A stretch of DNA of 64,000 nucleotides from a virus (lineage: Duplodnaviria; Heunggongvirae; Uroviricota; Caudoviricetes): the IMG/VR virus record IMGVR_UViG_3300050821_010761, positions 40,808 through 104,807 of that record; one strand, written 5' to 3'. The position numbers and the translations under genes are program-made. The notes below the pieces were generated by a model, which was not told where the DNA came from, made no database searches, and saw only the letters and a list, made by a program, of their open reading frames with translations. Position 1 is the stretch's first letter. The number at the start of each line of letters is the position of its first letter. This document shows positions 38,500 through 45,017 of the stretch, in pieces.

Positions 38500-38705
38500 T
38501 AGAACGCCTCTCCTCGTCTTAGTCCTAATCGTTCTTCCAACCATTCTATCAGAATTGGTCCATCTCCACGAAGGAAAATCTCCTCTGGCGTACAATCGAA
38601 CAAGAAGTCCTGTTTGGTAGTGTACCAATTATCACCAACGTGCAGTTTTTCTGCCAGATACTCGATGATAATAGCCTGTTCTTCCATAGCGTCCAGATCA
38701 ATCAT
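38499..38705 (-). CDS. Xre/MbcA/ParS antitoxin C-terminal-like small protein
   Basis: GDNWYTTKQDFLFDCTPEEIFLRGDGPILIEWL matches the W..TP...L....P.E.L..G....V...L pattern. Confidence 0.5.
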   Translation of the reverse strand: MIDLDAMEEQAIIIEYLAEKLHVGDNWYTTKQDFLFDCTPEEIFLRGDGPILIEWLEERLGLRRGEAF

Positions 38706-39012
38706 TCGTAATCTCGATTGGGCATGAGATGCGTTTGACGTCCCTTAAAATTGCCGTGTGATAAAACCAATGAATGCTGTCTATGCTAACTCCGCCGATA
38801 GGATAGAATTTGTTATCACTATCTATTTTTCCGTCGATAGACACTCTGAAAGTCATATCCCCATTTTTATAACAAGCATGCGAGATCGCTCTAGAATAAG
38901 GAGATAATACCTCTACGCCTACAGTCAGCGAAATCCCAGTGAGAATTCCCAAAGAAAAGCTAACGATCATCAGCAATTGAACTACTTTTGTTTTCATTTT
39001 GTGTACCCACAT
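38698..39012 (-). CDS. membrane-anchored hypothetical protein
   Basis: N-terminal hydrophobic helix; probable start MKTKVV at 38997. Confidence 0.6.
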   Translation of the reverse strand: MWVHKMKTKVVQLLMIVSFSLGILTGISLTVGVEVLSPYSRAISHACYKNGDMTFRVSIDGKIDSDNKFYPIGGVSIDSIHWFYHTAILRDVKRISCPIEITND

Positions 39013-39152
39013 GTCTTGCAGGTGTAATCCGTGCCGCCGTAATCGGAATATCTCTCAAAGTCGTGGTCGCACTTCTTATATAAATTGTCCAATCGTTTTC
39101 GATAAAGCTGTCGCGCTTTTTCGAAAAGTTCGTCAATTCGCTTGCGGTCCAT
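38994..39152 (-). CDS. small zinc-ribbon protein (52 aa, not in ORF track)
   Basis: MDRKRIDELF...KCDHDF...YTCKTCGYTK*. Confidence 0.55.
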   Translation of the reverse strand: MDRKRIDELFEKARQLYRKRLDNLYKKCDHDFERYSDYGGTDYTCKTCGYTK

Positions 39153-39163
39153 TTTAATCTTTT

Positions 39164-40315
39164 TCATTCGTAGTCTCTAATAGCAATTCCCACAGGAAAT
39201 CTTGGAACTTTTTCTTTTCCAGTAAATCCTTGGAATTGAACTGTAAGATTTTTCCCTTCCCAGAGTCCGTGGTTATTAAAATATTCTCTGAGTTTTTCAG
39301 TTTCTCCAGACATTTTAGCGAGAAACTCTTTCCCATCTGCCGTCCTGCACACGAAAGCACCGACGTGCCCCGCAAGTTTTCCACGACCCTCTTCAATGCC
39401 CACGATGGTAAATTCATCGTCCTCAAACTCCTTTACTTTTTGTAGATCATACGAGCGCTTACTTACATACCTAGAATCTTGGTTACGGAGCATGGCGCCT
39501 TCAAATCCTTGATCGCGAAACTTTTCAAAATACTCCATAACTTGATCTTCGGTCTTGATTCTAACTGTCTCAACCAGTCTTAGCGAGGAGTCCTCTACAG
39601 CAACATCGGCAAGCCATTCATAAAGCATATCGCTGCGTCCAGAAAATTCACTTCCGCTAACCATGTCGTATATATGGTACTGAACGTCCGTATGGTGCTG
39701 GTCAGGAATTTCTTGGCGGACTAGATGAACTATGTGTTCAAAGTTGCTCTTAAAATTGTCGTTATACAATTCGCCGTCCAAGATAATTTCTGTGCGTGCG
39801 TTCTCAAATATTGCTTCTAGCTCTTGCACTATGTGAGGGCAAGAGGTGATTGGCTTGCGCGTCCTGGACCAAAGAGTACATTCGCCGCCTCTGATAATAG
39901 CTATACATCGAATACCATCTAGTTTTGGTTGCACAAAGCATGGGTATTTGATCTTATGCCCATGTTTAGAAAATGATTGAGCAAGCATTGGAACTACGCC
40001 GCCTTCAATTAGGGCGTCCACTGCATCTGCTTCAGCATCATCAATGCGTTCAACGTAACCCTTCTTTTTTTGTTTGTCCCACTTAGCTCTAGCTTCTAGT
40101 TGTGCTTGTTCCAAAGGAGTAGTCTCATTTATCTTACCGATATTTTTGCCCTTAGAGATTAAATCACTAGTTTCTTGGATTTTTCCACCAACTTGTCCAC
40201 CATACTGAGTAAAAATACAAATAACAGGACCTGCAGTTCCTACATCTTTAACAAAAATCAACCATTCTTGGATCGCTCCCGTGGACGTCTTTTTATACAA
40301 TTTCGGTAATGTCAT
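39164..40315 (-). CDS. ATP-dependent DNA ligase
   Basis: QPKLDGIRC, ILDGEL, YHIYD, EGAMLR, LQKVK, C-terminal OB fold PRFP. Confidence 0.93.
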   Translation of the reverse strand: MTLPKLYKKTSTGAIQEWLIFVKDVGTAGPVICIFTQYGGQVGGKIQETSDLISKGKNIGKINETTPLEQAQLEARAKWDKQKKKGYVERIDDAEADAVDALIEGGVVPMLAQSFSKHGHKIKYPCFVQPKLDGIRCIAIIRGGECTLWSRTRKPITSCPHIVQELEAIFENARTEIILDGELYNDNFKSNFEHIVHLVRQEIPDQHHTDVQYHIYDMVSGSEFSGRSDMLYEWLADVAVEDSSLRLVETVRIKTEDQVMEYFEKFRDQGFEGAMLRNQDSRYVSKRSYDLQKVKEFEDDEFTIVGIEEGRGKLAGHVGAFVCRTADGKEFLAKMSGETEKLREYFNNHGLWEGKNLTVQFQGFTGKEKVPRFPVGIAIRDYE

Positions 40316-40650
40316 TCTTTACTCCATCTAGGACATTTTATCATATGATGATTAGGAAAGCTTGAAAATTTTGCACCACACCCGCAAGGCTCTAAATATT
40401 TCTTAATATTGAACATTTCGTGTAGATCTGGAACTGGCATGACAAATCCAAACATATCCATTGGCAACGCTTCTTCCTTCATTTTCCCAAAATAGAGCAC
40501 TTTATGCACAAGACCAAATTGATCATCGTCCCACATGCCCCATTGCCAGTATTTCCCGTCGTATTTTACTACATTGGGAAAATCGCTGAGATCTTTGTCC
40601 CATTCAACGGTGTGTCTATCGTTTTCATCAAATACTAAAGAAAGCTTCAT
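40312..40650 (-). CDS. hypothetical protein
   Basis: 112 aa, C-terminal CGCG...HMIKCP. Confidence 0.65.
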   Translation of the reverse strand: MKLSLVFDENDRHTVEWDKDLSDFPNVVKYDGKYWQWGMWDDDQFGLVHKVLYFGKMKEEALPMDMFGFVMPVPDLHEMFNIKKYLEPCGCGAKFSSFPNHHMIKCPRWSKE

Positions 40651-41465
40651 TTTTTACCATAAATCTGTGCAATTCTTTCTTCCAAAAACTGGCCAGCGGT
40701 ATATCCAGGAGAAAGTTCTACATTGCCGTGCGGGTGAATAAAAAACGGCATGGAAATTCTATCAGACGCATCGTCTTTTGGATTTACGACACGATGGGTG
40801 GTTGATTTGTACAGTCCTTTGCTAGCCAATTTAAGCATATCTCCTACATTCACGATTACCGAGTTTTCTTCATGAGGTACTGCATGCCATTTACCATTAT
40901 TATCTAGCACTTCCAGTCCAGGAGCACTAGCGGCAACCAATAAGGTGATATGGTTGATATCTTCGTGTGCAGCTGCGCGAACTGAGCCTTCCTGACGATC
41001 AGAATTCTGAAGAGCTGGGTAATACAGAGTACGCAGAAGAGTTTTTGTACTTCCTTCACAGTCGTCTTCATAATTGGTTCCATTGGCATCATCGAGTACG
41101 CGTAAGATCTTCATACCCAAAGAAGAAAGTTCGAAAAACATATCACGGTTGATCAGATAAAGACCTTCTGGGATCTCTTCACCAAATTTCCAATGGAAGA
41201 ATTCCTTTAGATCTGCTGTTTTAGATCCTACGGCTGTTTCGCTACCAAAGGATTTATAGCCCATGTTGGAGTCGTTGCCATTTATAAAAAGGTTCTTGTA
41301 AATCTGGTCTCTTTTGAAAAATTTACGCCAGGCAGATTGAGCATCCTTGATAAGCCCATAGTCTATGTCATGATGCGTCAAAACAGCAAAACCAGTGTTG
41401 ATCAATGAGTTGAGAAGCGTCTTCTCGAAATCTTCTGATTGTAGATTACAAACGGCGACTTTCAT
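40647..41465 (-). CDS. 2-oxoglutarate/Fe(II) dioxygenase (IPNS/PcbC-like)
   Basis: N-terminal TGFAVLTHH; DLKEFF; HxD AAAHEDIN; VNVGDML; distal His THRVV; RISMPFF. Confidence 0.9.
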   Translation of the reverse strand: MKVAVCNLQSEDFEKTLLNSLINTGFAVLTHHDIDYGLIKDAQSAWRKFFKRDQIYKNLFINGNDSNMGYKSFGSETAVGSKTADLKEFFHWKFGEEIPEGLYLINRDMFFELSSLGMKILRVLDDANGTNYEDDCEGSTKTLLRTLYYPALQNSDRQEGSVRAAAHEDINHITLLVAASAPGLEVLDNNGKWHAVPHEENSVIVNVGDMLKLASKGLYKSTTHRVVNPKDDASDRISMPFFIHPHGNVELSPGYTAGQFLEERIAQIYGKK

Positions 41466-41477
41466 AGGACCTCCACA

Positions 41478-41485
41478 TAATCTTT
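41478..41485 (+). promoter_or_regulatory. candidate late promoter motif YAATCTTW
   Basis: TAATCTTT; AATCTT ends 38 nt before the M15 peptidase ATG. Confidence 0.45.
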
Positions 41486-41514
41486 ACTATAGTCCATATA
41501 TCACCTGGATACAA
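41486..41514 (-). promoter_or_regulatory. sigma70-type promoter TTGTAT-17-TATAGT
   Basis: Upstream of the dioxygenase operon; GGAGG RBS follows. Confidence 0.55.
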
Positions 41515-41522
41515 GAGGAAAT

Positions 41523-42104
41523 ATGAATTTTCTAGATTTGTTAAGACAGTTTATGCCGCAAATTTTGTCATTTTTACAAGGTCAATCCAAACAAATTATG
41601 GAGAAACCAGTTCCAGCTGCTCCTGTACAAGTTCACATTGATCTTCCTTCCCCCGCTCAAGATCCTTCTGTTTCCATCGATTGGAACAACCCAAAGTGTC
41701 CAATCACTCAGCATTTTACTGTCGAAGATGCTTGCATGCTGCATTCGTGGAATCGCCTGGCAAATGAATCTGATGGTTTGGACGACCAGATGAAAGCTAA
41801 ACTTGTAATACTTTGCAAAAAAATGGAAGAAATCCGTGCTTTCCTGGGTTGCTCCATGAACGTTCACTGTATATTCAGATCTCAACAGTATAACAAGGAA
41901 GTGGTCAAAGCTAATCCTAATGATCCGCACAGTCGTGGAATGGCAATCGATTTTGATGCAAACCAAACTATGACGATTGATGAGCTTCATGCAAAATTGG
42001 AGCCAGTCCTTGAGCAGTATGGCTTACGCATGGAAAGAAACACGCCAACATGGTGCCATTTAGATACATGTCCAGTGGTACACGCTAGATATTTTTTGCC
42101 CTAG
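41523..42104 (+). CDS. peptidase M15 family (probable endolysin)
   Basis: IFRSQQYN, HSRGMAIDFD, WCHLD zinc-peptidase motifs; amphipathic N-terminus. Confidence 0.85.
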   Translation: MNFLDLLRQFMPQILSFLQGQSKQIMEKPVPAAPVQVHIDLPSPAQDPSVSIDWNNPKCPITQHFTVEDACMLHSWNRLANESDGLDDQMKAKLVILCKKMEEIRAFLGCSMNVHCIFRSQQYNKEVVKANPNDPHSRGMAIDFDANQTMTIDELHAKLEPVLEQYGLRMERNTPTWCHLDTCPVVHARYFLP

Positions 42105-42349
42105 TTAAAAGTCGGATTCGCGCAGCCATCAATGATTGCATCCACTTCATCGGTGGTTAAATCTCTTTTTCCTATACCAAAGAAATCGCCACAAAATACG
42201 CCCGCTTTTTCCAACGCTTGAGACCTCGTATTTGCATCCGTTTTGTACTTCAGAGTGTTCATCTTGCCGTCCAAAGGAATGTTGAAGGTAAAACGGTATT
42301 CAGTGGCAAAGCATGGCTGAGACATCAGTAACAAAAGTAAGTATTTCAT
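42101..42349 (-). CDS. secreted hypothetical protein
   Basis: Signal-peptide-like MKYLLLLLMSQPCFA. Confidence 0.6.
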   Translation of the reverse strand: MKYLLLLLMSQPCFATEYRFTFNIPLDGKMNTLKYKTDANTRSQALEKAGVFCGDFFGIGKRDLTTDEVDAIIDGCANPTFN

Positions 42350-42594
42350 AGTGAACTCCTAGCTCTCTTTTTAAAATAATTACGAAAACATTTCTCCCTA
42401 CACCAAATATCGCCGTAGCCCCAAGGAAGCGAATGGTGACCGTAAGCTTCTTGCCAGTGCATATGCTTCTTCTTGCAGTGGAGACAACCAGAGTTTAAGT
42501 CTCCGAGACCATTGGAGACGAGAAACTTCATAGTTTCATGATTATCGTCTCCTGGCGGAAACCACTCTGATAATCTTACTGGATAAATGCTCAT
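42346..42594 (-). CDS. hypothetical Cys-rich protein
   Basis: CLHC...WCREKC. Confidence 0.6.
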   Translation of the reverse strand: MSIYPVRLSEWFPPGDDNHETMKFLVSNGLGDLNSGCLHCKKKHMHWQEAYGHHSLPWGYGDIWCREKCFRNYFKKRARSSL

Positions 42595-43199
42595 TAAAAC
42601 GGACCTCTTATAAATTTTTTTAGATCCTTCTCATGCTTGCTCTCTGGTATCCAAAGAGTCACCTGAAGCTTTTCTGTTGCAAATAGGTCCAACCATTCTT
42701 TTTTACTATAACCCTGTGGATAGAAACTAATCCTATATCCATCCTTCTTAGCAAATTCTCGATCTTTTGCCATACCGACCTTTTCGCCGTTAGCAAATTC
42801 TATGACTTGTCCAGTGGCGATAAAGGTGATTGCATCCCAGGAAGAAAAATACTGAAAGTTATCTCTGTCTTCGGGTTTGTTAGGATCAAAATTGGGATTT
42901 GGATTGCCATGTATTCCATCTTCACAAAAGATCAGTCCCAGGGACTCCATACCAGTCTCAAAGTAGGTCTGCAAAACTCCTACCTTTTTCTTAAACGAAC
43001 TAGATAGATCTCCGTCGATCATGGGTTTTGGTCTGTCGCTTTTTGGATTAATTTCGGTAAATTGATGCCAATACAAATTTTTCTTGTTAGCTTTGAGCCA
43101 TGCATTGGCGTCCTTTTTTGTAAAAAAGAATTTGTAGTGATAAAAAGGATCGCCTGGTCTCTTTAGGGTATAAGAAATTTGATATTTTTCTTTCTTCAT
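42594..43199 (-). CDS. hypothetical protein
   Basis: 201-aa ORF behind TTGAAT-17-TACTAT. Confidence 0.7.
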   Translation of the reverse strand: MKKEKYQISYTLKRPGDPFYHYKFFFTKKDANAWLKANKKNLYWHQFTEINPKSDRPKPMIDGDLSSSFKKKVGVLQTYFETGMESLGLIFCEDGIHGNPNPNFDPNKPEDRDNFQYFSSWDAITFIATGQVIEFANGEKVGMAKDREFAKKDGYRISFYPQGYSKKEWLDLFATEKLQVTLWIPESKHEKDLKKFIRGPF

Positions 43200-43205
43200 C
43201 CATCA

Positions 43206-43234
43206 ATAGTACCAGGCGATTGAAATTAATTCAA
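43206..43234 (-). promoter_or_regulatory. sigma70-type promoter TTGAAT-17-TACTAT, probably leaderless
   Basis: ATG 6 nt after the -10 box; no SD. Confidence 0.5.
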
Positions 43235-43432
43235 CTTATTTTCTTGACCAAGTTTCTGAGATTCTATGGCTTCAAGCGCTAGGTCTAACTTATTGATAAG
43301 TTTTACTAATTTTGATACTTTGCGCTGAGCGTTTACTATGCCAACCGTTGTTCCAGCGATCTCATCCATGAGATCGCAGTGCATATCGCACAATTGATCT
43401 TCAGTCATCTGGCTCAAATCTATCTTTTTCAT
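43226..43432 (-). CDS. hypothetical coiled-coil protein
   Basis: 68 aa, GGAGG RBS. Confidence 0.6.
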   Translation of the reverse strand: MKKIDLSQMTEDQLCDMHCDLMDEIAGTTVGIVNAQRKVSKLVKLINKLDLALEAIESQKLGQENKLN

Positions 43433-43433
43433 T

Positions 43434-43895
43434 TTATCCTCCTTTCTTGGTTAAATATTTGATAGCGAATTCCAAAAATAATACGTTGTCTTGAAAGTTT
43501 CCAAGACCTAAGTTGCAATTAGAGCAGAGAAGACCTCTTATGGTACCAGTGGAATGACAATGGTCCACAGATAGGGATCTATGACTCTTGTTTTCAATTC
43601 CACCACAAATTGCGCACACGCCCTTTTGCTCCGACAACATGCGTTCGTAATCTTCTATAGTGATGCCAAAAATGCGCTTAAGCTCCCAATCTCGATACTT
43701 GCGTTTGTTGGAGTGATACTGATTTTTAGATTTTAATAGAATTTGCGGATTTTTTCTCGAATGCTCGCGATTATAGGCATTTACACAAGATCGACAATAG
43801 GAAGTCAACCCGTCTTTCTTGGATTTGTTTTTACCGAACGCTGAAATGTCTAAATCTGAGTTGCACCAGTTACAATGCTTGGTCTGTGTCTGCAT
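43434..43895 (-). CDS. endonuclease VII-type HNH nuclease
   Basis: CNWC...YCRSC; CAICG; SVDHCH...RGLLCSNCNLGLG. Confidence 0.9.
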   Translation of the reverse strand: MQTQTKHCNWCNSDLDISAFGKNKSKKDGLTSYCRSCVNAYNREHSRKNPQILLKSKNQYHSNKRKYRDWELKRIFGITIEDYERMLSEQKGVCAICGGIENKSHRSLSVDHCHSTGTIRGLLCSNCNLGLGNFQDNVLFLEFAIKYLTKKGG

Positions 43896-44022
43896 ACGAG
43901 TACTTATATGTAAAATGTTTATAATGCCTTGCGGCTATTTTAAACACTCATAAATATTCGTATGAGGGTTTTTGGAGTAGAAGTGCGCTATCAAATCGGC
44001 ACTTATTCCTGTACTTGAGATA

Positions 44023-44051
44023 AGATTACTACATCGCGCTCATTGTGTCAA
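44023..44051 (-). promoter_or_regulatory. sigma70-type promoter TTGACA-17-TAATCT
   Basis: Near-consensus hexamers, upstream of the EndoVII gene. Confidence 0.7.
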
Positions 44052-44059
44052 TTAATAAA

Positions 44060-44274
44060 GTGAAGGAAGGGCGAACAATTTACAAAAAACGATCCCTAAA
44101 TAACACCCTGCGTAAATCCACGACAATCAACAAATGCTATAAATAGCACATAAGCTTTATGGATGACGATGCAGGTCTCGACTCGTCTGGGTAAATGAGT
44201 CAGCCATGTAGTATGCCCTATCGCTTCACCGCCGCAATCCTTCGCAGGTGCCATACGGCTCCCGCTATCGAGCC
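44060..44274 (-). ncRNA. candidate structured noncoding RNA (about 215 nt)
   Basis: Nested helices GGCTC/GAGCC, GACTC/GAGTC, CCTGC/GCAGG, ATCC/GGAT, TGCTAT/ATAGCA; long-range GTGAAG..GGGC/GCCC..CTTCAC; no ORF. Confidence 0.55.
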
Positions 44275-44847
44275 CTAAACGAGCCCGACGGACTGAAGCA
44301 AACTAACAGTTTCTTCACTCAATTTAATTTTTGCGCCCAAATTCTTCTGGGAAAGTTGGTCTTCGATATCTTCTAGTCGTTTCTTAATAAGGGAATCTGT
44401 ATTCTTGAATGCGCTAACGTCTTCTTTCAATGCGACTGGCAGTGAGAATGTAACGGAAGCCTCACTAAAACGGCTCTCGCCTTTCTCAAGATGAGATTTC
44501 TTTGCCGCAGCAAGATCGTTAGCTTCCAATTGATCCAGTGTGTCAACGTCATCTATGGATAATGCCAACAACGATTGTAATTCTTCCCTACGATTGATCA
44601 AAGCATTAATGCCAGTTGAATGATTAGCTTCAGCAATTTGCTGCCGAATCATAAAACGAGTAACTAGCAAGCCACTTCTCGTATTAACATCTGAGAGATA
44701 TTTTTCACGACCTTTTGCTAGTACGCCATTCCTTTCTTCTTCTGTGGCTAGAACGCGTACGCGAACAGAAGAATTAGGCTTCATAGCGTTAATATACGTC
44801 AAGATTTTTGCTTCAAGTTTGCGGGCTTTGCGAAGGTTCAATTCCAT
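44275..44847 (-). CDS. helical coiled-coil protein, possibly DIP1984-like
   Basis: 190 aa, GGAG RBS; IRQQIAEAN..GI..LINRREEL and LEDIEDQLSQKN...IKL pattern. Confidence 0.75.
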   Translation of the reverse strand: MELNLRKARKLEAKILTYINAMKPNSSVRVRVLATEEERNGVLAKGREKYLSDVNTRSGLLVTRFMIRQQIAEANHSTGINALINRREELQSLLALSIDDVDTLDQLEANDLAAAKKSHLEKGESRFSEASVTFSLPVALKEDVSAFKNTDSLIKKRLEDIEDQLSQKNLGAKIKLSEETVSLLQSVGLV

Positions 44848-44882
44848 GTTTTCTCCAAAAATCGAGTATAAAATATACGAAC

Positions 44883-44971
44883 TCTTTTAACTCATGCTCA
44901 TAACCAAAACCTGTAAGCAGCTGATTTCTTAAGAGGACGTTTTCTTTTAACTCATGCTCATAACCAAAACC
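44883..44971 (-). CRISPR. CRISPR-like mini-array: 2 identical repeats and 1 spacer
   Basis: GGTTTTGGTTATGAGCATGAGTTAAAAGA at 44971-44943 and 44911-44883, period 60; spacer matches 45221-45251 at 29/31. Confidence 0.8.
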
Positions 44972-44986
44972 AGTGGTTACTATGTG

Positions 44987-45014
44987 ACTATAACATGAAA
45001 TTTTTAGAAGTCAA
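44987..45014 (-). promoter_or_regulatory. sigma70-type promoter TTGACT-16-TATAGT with extended -10, driving the mini-array
   Basis: TG-T-TATAGT; the first repeat starts 15 nt after the -10 box. Confidence 0.65.
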
Positions 45015-45017
45015 CAA

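Noticed and set aside
21845-42349. Holin/spanin assignment for small membrane or lipoprotein ORFs
   Set aside because: No linkage to the endolysin and no nested or overlapping i-spanin/o-spanin arrangement visible
43938-43953. Degenerate third repeat (TTATGAG...TTAAAA on the minus strand)
   Set aside because: Two short blocks with wrong spacing, ~930 bp from the array, and explained by a local hairpin in AT-rich DNA
43896-44880. tracrRNA anti-repeat for the mini-array
   Set aside because: Only short matches (CTCATA and CCAAAAACC in swapped order near 43960-43975; CTCATTTACC near 44190) and no extended complement to the repeat
44912-44942. Spacer as an assembly duplication of 45221-45251
   Set aside because: The differences are all synonymous third-position changes and the segment is flanked by exact repeats, which a mis-assembly would not be expected to produce; read-level confirmation is still advisable
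44883-44971. TIGR-type array
   Set aside because: Single 31-32-nt contiguous spacer, no alternating edge/loop repeats with paired short spacers, and no Nop-domain gene seen
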